Assembly: GCF_006345805.1 (NCBI RefSeq)
Contig: NC_043013.1
Location: 50,592,001 to 50,656,000 of the forward strand
Source of the DNA: Octopus sinensis
Lineage: Eukaryota
Length of the DNA stretch: 64,000 nucleotides
Direction of reading: 5' to 3'
This document shows positions 12,537-25,756 of the stretch, piece after piece. Below the pieces are notes generated by a model. It had not been told where the DNA came from. It did not search any database and was given only the letters and a program-made list of their open reading frames with translations. Position 1 is the first letter of the stretch. Each line of letters opens with the position of its first letter. Both the position numbers and the translations under genes were made by a program.

Positions 12537-14499
12537 TGTGTGTGTATATAAGACACCATGACATATTGAAAGTCTTCTTGACAAAAGAGTAAAGTTCTTG
12601 CTGAATCATCGACTCAAGTATTGTACTTAAGTCACTCCACCTTATTAATCCCCACTCCTCCTCCTGTTGAAATCTAGTCTTCATACGAAAGTCTCATTAT
12701 GTTTGTACAGGTGCTTTGTTTGAATTACTTTGCTAATTAGAGCTGTTAAGTAGGTTTTATTTATGAAAGGTAAAAAAAACCCTAAAAAAAAAACGCAAAA
12801 TAAAAAAAAGAAATCGAATGGAGAAAAACACCCCCTCTGCCTCAGTCACTACCCACAACAGCAATAACAGGAACAAGAAGAATTAGAAGACTGTTCACTG
12901 CTATACAGGTGATAACTTTAAATCAACTCACCTTTTCTATGATTACATTGAGCTATTCATTTAGTCAGTATAGTATTTCATAATCCGTTCAAGTGTTATG
13001 TTCTGTGAATGGTGTGTTAGCTTGTAAAACTTGTAAAACCGTTGCCGTCCTCTTCTCACAATCTTCACCGTTTCATTCGCATGTCTTCATATCTTTCTAA
13101 TGAGGAACTTTGTTGGTTTTTACTCTTTTCTTAGTAGCGTTTCTTTGTAACATAATTAAAATCTAGAGACACATGAAAATATGAAAGTTAACGACATTGT
13201 AACAAGCCGCCTCCGCCGTCATCTTCTTCTTCTTTAACAAACATTCATCAATACTTTAAATTACTCTTGAAGGAAATTCCTCTGAAACTTTTACCAAAAT
13301 TCTTCCATGTTCTCATTAGTGTTATTCAGAAATGATTGTTCCACTGATCTTTATATTAAACCAGAGGGAGAGAAAAAAAAGTCTTGAAGTGTCTTTCATA
13401 ACCTTTGTCACTTTTGAAAGTTAATGTTTGTGGTTGGAAGCACTTTGGGGTAAGTTTACACATGTACACTCATGTACCGTGCATATCTCTCTTTCGTTCT
13501 CTCTCTCTGTCACACAAACACACGTTCTCATACAAACACCCAGAGAACAGTGTAAGAGAGCGAGAGAGAAAGCATGTGTGTGTCTGCGTGCGTGTGTGCC
13601 AGAATACAGGTTCCATATTATTAGTTTTCTAGTTCACATGCCAGCTTGTGGTTTAGTTGCCATTAAAGACAGGGAATCGGTATGTTGGTTCCAAATAAAC
13701 ACACCTCCTCAACATCATCATCATCATCAACAGCAGCAGCAGCTGTCCAAGAATTTGGACCTGGAGATCTCCATTTCCAGCGACTTTGAGGGCCACTTCC
13801 CAGTAGTGTCAGATGTCAATGAAGAGCCCTTGACTACAAGACAACCAAAGTTTTCTTTTTTTCTCCCAAGGTCTGGGGTCTCCCGCCCCTAAGCCCTAGA
13901 CCATCACCTAATCATCCTTACCTGCCTTGTTGCTTAACAACAACAACAACAACAGCAGCAGCATTTTAATGTCCGCTTTCCCATGCTTGCATGAGTGAGA
14001 TGAAATTTGTTGAGGTAGATTCTCTATGGCCAGGTGCTCTTCCTGTCACCCAACCCTCACCTGCCTCCAGGTAAGGTTAATATTCGCCAATACCCAGACA
14101 TTCTTTTATAGAAGATTGGAAACGAAGGACTTTGCTTATATGACTCTGACGCTTGCTTACTACTGTCCCTCAATTTAAAGACAAGGAGGCACACACACAC
14201 GCGCACACACACACACGCAACAGGCTTCTTTCAGTTTCTCTCTCTCAAATTATCAACATCAACATCATCATCATCATCATCATCAACAACATCATCAACA
14301 TCATCATCATCATCATCATCAACGTTTAACGTCCGTTTTTCGTGCTGGCATGGGTTGGACAGCTTGCCCCGCTTCCTAACACCAACCACTTCCACTCAGA
14401 TATTCTTAACTTGACTATTTTTGTGGGGATGGGGAATATGGGTTCACAAAACCATTATGAACCCCTTAGTGGTTTTTAATGAAAACACCATCATCATCA

Positions 14500-14706
14500 A
14501 GATGGTAGAATCATTAGCACCTCAGACAAAATGCTAAGTGGCATATATTCCAACTTATTGCATTTTGAGTTCAAATTCTGCTGAGGTCGATTTTGCTTTT
14601 CATCCTTGTTTAATCATTAAAATAAATAACATTCAAGTTCTAGGCTCATTTAAATTGACCAGATCCTTCCTCCAAAATTGCTGGCCTTGTGCCAAAATTT
14701 GAAACC
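14500..14706 (+). mobile_element. Meta-domain-like tRNA-derived SINE (diverged)
   Basis: GAGTTCAAATTC B box followed by GAGGTCGATTTTGCTTTTCATCCTT. Confidence 0.65.
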
Positions 14707-14975
14707 ATTATTACCTCTGCCTTCGCTAGGGATGTTTGGCCTTGTGACTGGTATGAATTGATTAGATTTTGGGTTCGATCCAGTACTGGACAAGGATTCT
14801 GGATTGCTTTTCTGGTTATTTTACTTAATTTTTAAAAGTGGTTGGGTTCATTTTTAGTATTCTCGTTTGTGAGTTTATTTAAGATATTCTCATTTTAAAA
14901 AATCATCTCTGGTTAATCGTTGAGAGGATGTTGGTGCTGCCTCTTGGTGGAGGTTTGTGCTCTCTGAGTGTCCTT
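14707..14975 (+). mobile_element. Possible Crypton-like non-autonomous element
   Basis: Starts TTATTACCTCTGCC and ends GGTGGAGGTTTGTGCTCTCTGAGTG; resembles recalled ends of animal non-autonomous Crypton-type repeats. Confidence 0.45.
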
Positions 14976-14994
14976 GTTATTATTAGTATTATTT

Positions 14995-15560
14995 GCACTT
15001 CCATCTTCCTTCAGTTGAGCAGGAAAGGCAGTGTTCCTTTGCCTGGTGGCTGTGGCGAAAGAGGTTTTTTTGGTGGGCAAGGCTGAAAAGCATGAGGACA
15101 GATACATTCCTCTTTGGTAGAGCTCTCATTGACTTTTTCAAGTTTTACTTGAAAAGGAAATTGAGAGTGGAGAGGGAGGTGCTGACCTTATTGAAAGGTA
15201 AAGGTTGCGAAAATGGCAAGTGAGGATGGTACCTCTCCAAGTGTAAACCTGTGAGTCGGAGAGAAGGAATTGGAGAGGGCACTTGCTCCTAGGGTTTCAG
15301 AGAAATCTCCTCAATTATCCCTAGAAGCCTTCCTGTATCAGGAGGGCCACATCTCTATCATCCTCCTCACCATTTTCTTTTTACCTTTGTATGCTATGCA
15401 TGTGCCCCTTCTTTTTCACTATATATCGTGTATGCTTAGTTTCTTTCTTTCTTTCTTTTTTTATCATCACATAAAATGTAAACCCCACACTTTATATTTG
15501 TCTTTGTATTGTCCCCCTTAATCTGTCTTTGTATTTGCCGTTCTGGCAAATAAACGAAAT
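14995..15560 (+). mobile_element. 3' end of a Tx1/L1-like LINE
   Basis: Frameshifted LVAVAKE / WWARLKSMRTDTFLFGRALIDFFKFYLKRKLRVEREVL resembles the Tx1 ORF2 C-terminus (AKxxIWxxR); pyrimidine-rich UTR ending AATAAAC. Confidence 0.5.
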
Positions 15561-15565
15561 CATCA

Positions 15566-15603
<38 letters not shown>

Positions 15604-15605
15604 GA

Positions 15606-15822
15606 GGCAATGAGCTGGCAGAGTCATTAGCACACTGGACAAAATGTTTATCAGTGTTTCGCCCATCGCTACATTCTGAGTTCAAATTCTGCTGAGGTCG
15701 ACTTTGCCTTTCATCCTTTCAGGGGTCGATAAATTAAGTACCAGTGAAACACTGGGGTTGATGAGACTGACTAGTCCCCTCCCTACAAATTTCAGACCTT
15801 GTGTCTTTAGTAGAAAGGATTA
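15606..15822 (+). mobile_element. Meta-domain-like tRNA-derived SINE with (ATT)n tail
   Basis: GAGCTGGCAGAGTCATTAGC head, GAGTTCAAATTC B box, GCCTTTCATCCTTTCAGGGGTCGATAAATTAAGTACCAG core. Further copies at ~21570-21660(-), 23205-23407(-), 23470-23692(-), 25215-25635(-, two), 26370-26750(-, two), 39930-40320(+), 63157-63353(+). Confidence 0.8.
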
Positions 15823-15845
15823 TCATTATTATTATTATTATTATT

Positions 15846-16386
15846 GAGTGAGAGAGCAGTTCATGCCATCAAAGTGACACTGGGGTAAAATATACGAAGC
15901 CCAGTATACCCATCATGACTACCCATCTGATAAGGGTACACCAGGCACATGCATCACAACCATATGTGTGTGGCAAGGTGATCTCATATCAAGATAAACA
16001 GCACATGACCTTGCAGGTGAGGCCCAGTTAGAATTTTTTTCCGGTCGAGTAGCCAATCCTGCTTAAAAAGGCCTCTGAATAAGAGTTGCATAAGGGTGTT
16101 GAACGAGACATCCATGTTTTCAGAGGTGAATTATCCAAACCCCAAAGAATTCCTCTCATCACATGACTATGATGCTCTCCCACTACTCCTCCTTGTGACC
16201 AGAGATGCACCAAGGGACATGCTCAACTGGTTATGGTCAAGCAACTGACAAGCAAATCTGTGGTATTGAGCAGAATATTTGCTGTAGCCCATCTTTTATA
16301 CCAAGACAAAACAATGTACATGACAACACTTCCAATCAGTTAAGATCAGAAGCCACGAGAACCACAGCCTGGTACTGCATGAAGGC
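15846..16386. mobile_element. Non-coding ~540-bp insert embedded in an (ATT)n tract
   Basis: Complex sequence with abrupt (ATT)n borders on both sides; no credible ORF. Confidence 0.55.
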
Positions 16387-16434
<48 letters not shown>

Positions 16435-16652
16435 CATCATTATCATTATTACTGTTGTTATTATTATCATTATTACTGTTGCTATTATCATTATCTTTAT
16501 TATTATTACTATTGTTATTATTACTATTATTATTATTATTATTATTACTGTTGCTATTATCATTATTACTGTTGTTGTTGTTGTTCTTCTTCTCTTCTTC
16601 TTCTTCTTATTATTATTATTGTTATCTTTATTATTATTATCTTTATTATTCA
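16387..16652. repeat. (ATT)n-derived microsatellite
   Basis: Seen directly. Confidence 0.95.
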
Positions 16653-17034
16653 TCGTAATCTACATTTCAAAAATTGTTCAACAAAGGAGCTGGGCTATTT
16701 TTTTTTTTTTTTGGTGGGTGTTGATAACTCTGGCTATTTTTAGTTGCTTTCCATTTCTTCTATTTTCAAAAATGACGCAAATAAAGAAGCATCCATCATA
16801 ACTAAAAGAAATTACTGCTTCTTGTAAAACAATGATTTTATCTTTTTACTTCCACATCTACCCAGGGTGTCTTGTTTGATAATAGATTTACTACGCTGTA
16901 TTATTTTAGTATTGTTTCGTTAGTTTTTTTCTAGAGAGTCATGAAGTGTTTTTGGGGTATTAACTGGGTGTTCATATGTTTTCGTGGGCTGGGGTTGATA
17001 ATGTGGTTACAAAAGCTGTCAGTACCTTGGTTAA

Positions 17035-17500
17035 TTCATCACCATCATTTAAACGTCCATTAATTATCGTATAACCATCATGTTGTCATCTTTTAAGCAT
17101 TACTTAGTCATCACTTCACCTCCACTTATGTATCACTTGACCATCACATAACCATCACATCCATCACAATCTCATCGCTTAAGCATTACTTAACTAGCAT
17201 TTCCCCTCCACTCAGCTACCATTTAAGTATCACTTGACCATCACATAACCATCACGTTTAACACATTGTCATCACATGAGTGTCAATTAACCATCACTCC
17301 ACCTCTACTCTTAAGAATCGCTTGACCATCACCTAACCATCCCATCCATTACATTGTCATAACTTAAGAATTACTTAACCATCATTTACCTTCCACTCAG
17401 CTATCACTCAAGTATCACTTGATAATCACAGAACCATCACACCCATCACATTGCTGTCACTTAAGTGTCACTTGAGCATCATTTCCCCTCCACTCTTTGT
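17035..17500. repeat. Degenerate tandem repeat (ATCACTTGACCATCACATAACCATCAC motif)
   Basis: Motif recurs at ~17132, 17229, 17318 and 17414, a period of ~90-97 bp. Confidence 0.75.
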
Positions 17501-17711
17501 GTCGACTACCTTCAAAATTACTAAAAACCATATTGAGAAAATATAGGGCAGAAGAGAAATTTTCTACCAGTGGCCTAGCATACATAAAATAGTCAAATAG
17601 ACAACACACACACATATATATATATACATATACATATACACACACACCGTGTTTGATTTTTGCTGATGATAAATCTTTATTAAATGCTATATCGCCATTT
17701 TGTTATTTTTA

Positions 17712-17746
<35 letters not shown>

Positions 17747-17989
17747 TACATTGAAACAGCTGTAAGGGAATGTTTGATATTTTTACTGAAAATAAATCTT
17801 TATTAAATGCTTTATCTCTCTTTTCTTATTATTCATTTGAATGATTATAAACCATGGTTTACATACATGGTTTACAAACCTATTATTTTACAAATTTTAT
17901 TATTCCTAATAAATATTAGGCATTGAACCAGTAATTCCTTGGATGATATCATTCCTTAACGAGGCTAATTTAACCTCTAATTGAATTTT

Positions 17990-18180
17990 TATGATTGACT
18001 GCTAGCTACTAAAGCTTTCTTTTTTATTCTCTCTGCTTATTTTCGTGTGTTCCTTTCTGTTGAAGAGCATAGGCTCAAAACGTAAAAGACTTTCTTACCT
18101 TCCTGAGCATTAAACTAATATACCTATTTGTTGTTTACACACCTGTCTTTATTTTGTTGTTTTTTTAAAATTCCAACTAT
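17990..18180 (+). mobile_element. Penelope-like pLTR remnant with a degenerate hammerhead motif (18053-18088)
   Basis: CTTT-CTGTTGA-A-GAGC-atag-GCTC-AAAA-CGTA-AAAG; the element runs into (TA)n. Confidence 0.55.
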
Positions 18181-18205
18181 ATATATATATGTATGTATGT
18201 GTGTG

Positions 18206-18246
<41 letters not shown>

Positions 18247-18530
18247 ATAAATTACAGAGAAATATTTCAATGAAATTCTGTTTAGCTATAAAAAAATTTT
18301 AATATCTTGACAAATTGTTTCGTAACTTAAAACATATCAATAATTTATATTATTATATTTAATAATAAATAAATTACTTACCTGTCTGCATTCATTATCT
18401 GCCATTTATGACTTTATACACTCTATGTATCATACTATATACTCTCTACATATTTTGTAGAATGATACATTAAGGAGCTTTTTGTTATTAGTACTACTGG
18501 ATTATTTGAGGCCATAAATTGTGACTTAGG

Positions 18531-18885
18531 TGCAGGCATGGCTGTGTGGTAAGTAGCTTGCTTACCAACCACATGGTTCCGGGTTCAGTCCCACTCCGTG
18601 TCTTCTGCTATAGCCTCAGGCTTGTCAAAGCCATGTGAGTGGATTTGATAGATGGAAACTGAAAGAAGCACATTATATATATATATATATGTATGTTTGT
18701 GTGTCTGTGTTTGTTCCACCCCCATCATCGCTTGACAACCGATGTTGGTGTGTTTATGTCCCTGTAACTTAGTAGTTCAGTAAAAGAAACTGATAGGATA
18801 AGTCCTGTGATCAGTTTGTTTGACTTAAGGTTGTGCTCCAGCATGGTCACAGTCAAATGACTGAAACAAATAAAAGAATAAAGGA
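18531..18885 (+). mobile_element. CORE-like tRNA-derived SINE (most abundant family in the window)
   Basis: A box TGGCTGTGTGG, B box GGTTCAGTCCC, internal (TA)/(TG) tract, 3' end CAGTCAAATGACTGAAACAAATAAAAGA. Confidence 0.85.
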
Positions 18886-19828
18886 ATATATATATTTTGG
18901 GGACTGAACCCAAAATCAACTGGTTAGGAAACAAAGTTCTAAACCACACCACCATTCTCTGTATACACACATGCATATATCTATAATACATTAAAAGTCA
19001 GGTTGACAGCCAAACTGGTGCATAATGGGAAAACACTATGAATTAAGTTTTCTCTGAAATGTAAATACGAACGGTATGAAACAAATTTCACATAAGGATA
19101 AGTGGTTGTGAAGATATCAAGGGTTTTCAGGATATAAATCCCCAAAATGCTGCATGACCACAAAAGTCTCTGAAATTAACTTAATCCTGAAAAGGAAGTA
19201 GCTCTTACATTTTGATTAGTCTTCACAATGAAAAAAATGTGATTTGTTTTTTTTACAGTAAATGTTTCTATTTTCGTTTTTGTTAAACACAATATTTTAA
19301 TCATTTAGAAATATTTTTAAGTGAACGTGATATGAAAAATATAAGTTGTTTGTACAATAAGTATTTATATTTTAGCTTCCTTTAAACAAACAATATTACA
19401 ATGTTTTTAAAAATTATTTTCGAATGAATACCATTGCAAAAATTGTTTTGGCATAAATATTTCATAAAAGACCCATTTCTAACCTTCGTTTGAAATAATT
19501 TTTTTCCATAGAGTTTTTTCAAGTGCATTGAACGTATCTCACTTCCAAAGATTTGGCTGCTATTTCTAGCACGCTCTGCTACCCCATAACTACTATTTGC
19601 GATAAAGGACCTGAAATACCTGTTACTTGGTGGCAGGGTGTGCAAGAAATAGCAGCCAAATCTTTCCCATTCTGGGGAAAGGAGCTGTTTACATGTGATT
19701 TCAATGTCACATTTGTTGAAAGCATGCAGAATAACTTGGAAAAGAAAACAAAACCCCTTGAAACAAAACTCCATTGCTGGGAAACTCAGACTTTCCCGGT
19801 GACCCAAAGGGTCACGATGGGTAGTCGA

Positions 19829-19859
<31 letters not shown>

Positions 19860-19922
19860 CACACATACACACACACACATACAGAGACTTGCACACAAAT
19901 GCATATACATATATATATATAT

Positions 19923-19954
<32 letters not shown>

Positions 19955-20025
19955 ATATAGACATATATATATATATATATATAAATATACATACACACAC
20001 ACACATACAGAGACTTGCCCACAAA

Positions 20026-20077
<52 letters not shown>

Positions 20078-20136
20078 GACTCGCACACAAATGCATATAT
20101 ATATATATATACACACAGACTCGCACACACATGCAT

Positions 20137-20167
<31 letters not shown>

Positions 20168-20871
20168 CGTATATACATACCAGGTGTGGCATATATATTT
20201 ACTCATTATTCATTTTGTCATAAAATAAAAAGGTGTTAGGTTTTGTTTAATGAAAGTTAAGAGGTTGATCGTTATGTTTATTAACGATATTTTACATATA
20301 TTTACAATTCAAAACAGAACACCTTTGCTTTCAGCACGGCCCCTTCATCCTTTACGCCAGCCATTCTCAATGCTTCAGTTTATTCATGTTTTGTTTGAGC
20401 CTCCATATTTAATTAAGGGTTAACAATAAAACAAACGAACGTTAGGACCTGTGATACAATATTTGCAACCATTTCAGCAAATAAGAATATTTCAGTTTAC
20501 GTTTAAATAATGGGTAAATGTATGTGTTGCACCTGATGTCTGTGTGTAGGCAGAGGCAGGAAGGCGTTTGCATGGTTCCAGGTTCAATTTCACTCTGTGG
20601 TACTTTGGCTTAGTGTCTTTTGCTATATCTTCAGGCCAACCAAAATCTTTGCAAGTGGATTTGGCAGACAGAAACTTGAAAGAAGCCTGTCATATATATA
20701 TATATAAATTAGAAATAAAACACCTTTTATCCATTCAATAATGAAAAATTAAATTATACTGTTTAGAAAATTTACATATTATAGAAAGATTAAATATAAG
20801 ATAAAACATATAACAATGATTAAATAATGTGCAAAATAATAAATAAAACGTATATATATATATATATATAT

Positions 20872-21240
20872 ACTCTTTTACTCTTTTATTTGTTTCAGTC
20901 ATTTGACTGTGGCCATGCTGGATCACTGCCTTTAGGCAAACAAATCAACCCCATGACTTACTCTTTGTAGGCCTAGTACTTATTTTATTGGTCTCTTTTG
21001 CCGAACTGCTGAGTTACAGGGGCATAAACACACCAGCATTGGTTGTCAAGCGATGGTGGGGGGAACAAACACACATACACACACATATGACAGGCTTCTT
21101 TCAGTTTCCATCTACCAAATCCACTCACAAGGCTTAGGTCGACCCGAGGCTATAGTAGAAGACACTTGCCCAAGGCTCCATGCAGTGGGACTGAACCTGG
21201 AACCATGTGGTTGGTAAGCAAGCTACTTACCACACAACCA
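20872..21240 (-). mobile_element. CORE-like SINE
   Basis: Near full-length reverse-complement copy of the family including the CCTTGGGCAAGTGTCTT CORE-like block. Confidence 0.85.
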
Positions 21241-21243
21241 GAA

Positions 21244-21396
21244 AATGGAGAAACATTAATCAACAACAATTGACTTATATCAATTATTATTTTCTAATTC
21301 AATACAAATAGACTGCATTGAATACAGTCTATTTGTATTGAATCAAAAAGTAATAATAATTGGAAGTTAGTTGTTGCTGATCAATATTTCTCCATT
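21244..21396. repeat. ~150-bp imperfect palindrome
   Basis: Perfect 19-bp inner stem 21297-21315 / 21325-21343; outer AATGGAGAAA / TTTCTCCATT; centre at 21320. Confidence 0.9.
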
Positions 21397-21658
21397 AAAT
21401 TTGATTTCTGATAAACTCAGGTTTATCTTTGTCATTACCTGTAATCTATGAGCATAAGATGCTTGCATATGTATGTCCAGGGTTAACACAGGTATTTATA
21501 CCGGTAGTAAAATGGATACTTTTATCCCTTAGATAGTTATTCCAACCTCTAACTTTATTAACTTGAACTTACTGGAATTTGAACTCAGAATGTAAAGACA
21601 GATGAAATACCGCTAAGCATTTTGCCTGGCATGCTAACGTTTCTGCCAGCTTGCCGCC

Positions 21659-21812
21659 TTCTCAAGCACAGCATATTGCCAAAGATCTTGGTCACTAGTC
21701 ATTGCCTCTGTGAGGCCCAACATTCAAAGATCATGTTTCACCACCTCATCCCATGTCTTCTTGGACTGACCTCTTCCACAGGTTCCCTCCACGGTTAGAG
21801 GATCAGCACTTT
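21659..21812 (-). mobile_element. RTE LINE ORF C-terminal fragment
   Basis: TVEGTCGRGQSKKTWDEVVKHDL*MLGLTEAMTSDQDLWQYAVLEK; homologous to ~8170-8298. Confidence 0.8.
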
Positions 21813-22194
21813 GTCCACTCATGACCAAAGAAGACCATCACTGACCATTAAGAACACTGTACACTCAAACAAATTTACATTCTACTCTCGTGGCCCCACT
21901 GGTCACTAACCAGCCCAGGTTTTGACAACCATTCACATCCACAGATATTGGTGCCCAAGCTCTCCTCCACCCCCCATTCATTACACTGCCATTAGCTTTT
22001 CATGCAACTCAATTAAATTCTGCACATAGACACGCATATAAGGAAATGAAATGCAGACAATTTGAGAAAATGTGAAATAAATCATTTTATCGCAAAGTAG
22101 GTACAGCCGTAAATCATTCCAAGAAATATATTGAGTGAAGAAATCTCTTGGGTTCTTTTAAACCAATATATTGCATACTTTTGGTGATAGCTCT

Positions 22195-22715
22195 TCCTAC
22201 TTTTCTAACATTCTGTATTGCACCACTCTAGCATTCTGTCATTCTGATATTCTGTTTCCTCATTTTGTAATATATAACATGCTATTATCTATAATTCTAT
22301 CTACTTTGAGGTACACGATTCTAGTATTCTCTTATTCTAATATTCTCTTTCTTCACTTTGTAATATATAACTTGCTGTTACACCATTCTAGTATTCTATC
22401 ATTCTAATTCCTCAGTTTGTTATCTATGACATGCTATTATCTATAATTCTATCTATTTTGAGATATACAAATCTGTATTCTGCTATTCTAATATTCTATT
22501 TCTTCACTTTGTAATATAACATGCTGATAGCTCTATCTCTTCCTACTTTGAAATATATACCATTCTAGTATTCTGTATTCTGTCATTCTAATATTCTATC
22601 ATTCTAATATTCTGTTTCCTCAGTTTATCTATAAACATGCTGTTATCTATAGCTCTGTATACTTTGAGATACACCATTTTTGTATTCTGTTTTCTGTTAT
22701 TCTAGTATTCTTTCT
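22195..22715. repeat. Diverged tandem repeat (TTCTAATATTCT..TTC.TCA.TTTGTAATATATAACATGCT)
   Basis: Motif recurs about 5 times at irregular 70-130 bp spacing. Confidence 0.75.
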
Positions 22716-23034
22716 ATCTAGTTGTTGTCTCTTGTCATTCTAAGAGGCGTTTCTTACTCTGTGGTACAAAACCTGGTATGAGCCGATGAGTTGCTTTCCA
22801 TGCTAGAAATAGCAGCGTTTCCTTCAAATAAAACCCTATTGTCTTCATAAAATAACTATGTACTGTCTTTGTGAAAGGACACATTGGATAAAGTAGTCTT
22901 AGATACACCATGTCTAAACAAAAAAATATACAAGAAATCCTTGATCATCATTCTGCTCTGTCACTACCGGCCTGGTGTTAAACAACAACAACATCTGGTA
23001 CATGCAGTTTCTTTTAAATTGTTATTCTTCCTTA

Positions 23035-23205
23035 GGTACATGGCTCAGTGGTTAGGGCATCAAGCTCACAATCATGAGGTAGTGAGTTCGATTCCTGAAC
23101 CAGGCTGCGTATTGTGTTCTTGAGCAAGACACTTTATTTCATGTTGCTCCGGTTCCCTCAGCTGTAGAAAGGAGTTGCGACGTCACTGGGGCCAAGCTGT
23201 ATCAA
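23035..23205 (+). mobile_element. tRNA-derived SINE, 5' part
   Basis: A box TGGCTCAGTGG, B box GAGTTCGATTCC, then TTGTGTTCTTGAGCAAGACACTTTATTTC. Confidence 0.7.
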
Positions 23206-23692
23206 CCCTTTCTACTAAAGGTACAATGCCTGAAAGTTGGAGAGAGGGGCCTATTTGATTACATTGACCCCAGGGTTTCACTGGTTCTGAATTTATTGAC
23301 CCCGAAAGGAAAAAAGTGAAAGTTGACTTTGGTGGAATTTGAACTCAGAACATTACGGCAGACAAAATACTGTGAAGCATGGTAATGAATCTGCAAGTTT
23401 GTTGCCTTTAATAATAATAATGATAATAATAATAATAACAATAATAATAATTATTATTATTATTAGTGTTTCAAATTTTGCCACAAGGGCAGCAATTTTT
23501 TGGGTGGGTGGGTGGGTGGGGTTGAGTCAATTACATTAACCCCAGTCTTCAATTGGTGCTTATTTTATCGACCCCTGAAAGGATGAAAGGCAAAGTGGAC
23601 CTCAGCAGAATTTGAACTCAGAATGGAGTGACTGGCAAAATATCACTAAGCATTTGATCCAGTGCGCCAACGATTTTGGCAGCTTGCCACCT

Positions 23693-23759
<67 letters not shown>

Positions 23760-23834
23760 AATGATAATAATAACAATAATTACTTTACTTTTACTTATTT
23801 ACCTTTACTTTTACTTTTATTTATTTACCTTTAG

Positions 23835-23986
23835 TTGAGCATATCGATGCCAGGAGTTATTGTTTGTAAGCCTAGTACTTATTCTATCAGTCTCTTTTGC
23901 CGAACCGCTAAGTTACAGGGACATAAACACACCAGCATCGGTTGTGAAGCAAAGTTGAGAGGATGAACACAGACACACAAAAATAT

Positions 23987-24055
<69 letters not shown>

Positions 24056-24222
24056 TACGACGGGCTTATTTCAGTGTCCGTTTACCAAGTCCACTCACAA
24101 GGCTTTGGTCAGCCCAAGGCTATAGTAGAAGACACTTGCCCAAAGTTCCATGCAGTGGGACTGAACCCAGAACCATGTGGTTCATAAGCAAGCTTACTTA
24201 TCACACAACCACTCCTGCGCCT
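23835..24222 (-). mobile_element. CORE-like SINE with expanded internal (TA)n
   Basis: Reverse-complement family copy. Confidence 0.85.
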
Positions 24223-24734
24223 ATGATAATATTAATAATAACAGTAATAGTGCTTATTGATTGTATTTGTATGTTTGTGTGTAACTAAAGAGACAATCAA
24301 ATCTCTATGCTAGCTCTCTCTCTGTTTCTCTCACTCTCTCTCTCACACACACACAGAGTCTAGATATATTTATATGCAGCGTATATGAATATATATTTCT
24401 CTAAATAACTATAGCTGTCACAGGTAGAGTGATACCTTCATAGAAAAGCCATTTCGGTAACATTAGACATCATTTTGAAATGAAAGCGGAGACAATATGC
24501 AAAATAACGGACAAATACAGCAAGATGCCACCAGCATTATGGGTTCATTTAGTTCCGTTGTCACCAGACGGACTATTATATTCTGTCTTGGAGACGGAAT
24601 AATTTACTGCCCAGTACAATATGGTAATTGACTAATTGACACATAATTCTCTTCAGCCAGTGAATCGCTTTTCCTTAAAACTTGACGTATATCAAAGGAT
24701 ATTTTTATTGGCATACATACTTACATATATATAT

Positions 24735-24781
<47 letters not shown>

Positions 24782-24798
24782 CACGTACATACACACAC

Positions 24799-24848
<50 letters not shown>

Positions 24849-25756
24849 ACACGTACATACACACACACACCATATATATATATACATACTTAGATGCTCA
24901 CATAAATATACATATACATGTGTTTGTATATACACATGTATAAACACATCCCTTTCTTAGATACACACATGCACACACATTTATTATATTATATTCTGTG
25001 TATATATTATGTTACAGATTTGTAGATAATATATATGCCAAAAGCATACGTGTGTTGCTATTATAAATATATTTCTTAATATATTTATATGCTATTAATT
25101 GTGAATACATTAACATATACTAAATATCTAATGAGTTTTACACAAATTACTTCTAAATTATTATTAAGCTGAAAACAGTTTACCACCACCACTTATGTGA
25201 TAATAATAATAATTGTTTCTGCTGGAAGCATAGGGCTTCAAATTTGGGGGCAGGGATTAAGTCGATTACATCGCCCCCAGTACGCAACTGGTAATTAATT
25301 TATCGACCCCAAAAGGATGAAAGGTCAAGTCGACCTTGGTTGAATTTGAACTCTGGATGTAAAGACAGAAGAAATACCACTAAGCATTTCGCCCAGCGTG
25401 CTGATAATTCTACCAGCTTGCCAATCCTTTCTCCTGAAGGCACAAGGCCTGTAATTTTTGGGGAGGGAATGAGTCGATTATGTCAACCAAAGTGCTCAAC
25501 TGATACTTATGTGATCAACCCCTAGAGAATGAAAGGCAAAGTTGATCTTGGTAGAATTTGACCTCAGAACCTAAAGACAGATGAAATACTGCTAAGTGTT
25601 TTGTCCAGCATGCTAACCATTCTCCAGCTTGATGTGATTACGATGATGGTGTTTTTTTTATTTTCCACAGGAGTGTTGGGCAAAAGAGTCACTACAAATG
25701 CAGGTTACATATAGTTTGGTATGGTTTCATAAAATTGTATGAGTAGAAAAAAAATG

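Noticed and set aside
19553-19830. Complex-looking ~90-codon open frame
   Set aside because: Starts in a recurrent repeat motif (GCTGCTATTTCTAGC), runs into (TA)n, no recognisable domain or clear splice sites.
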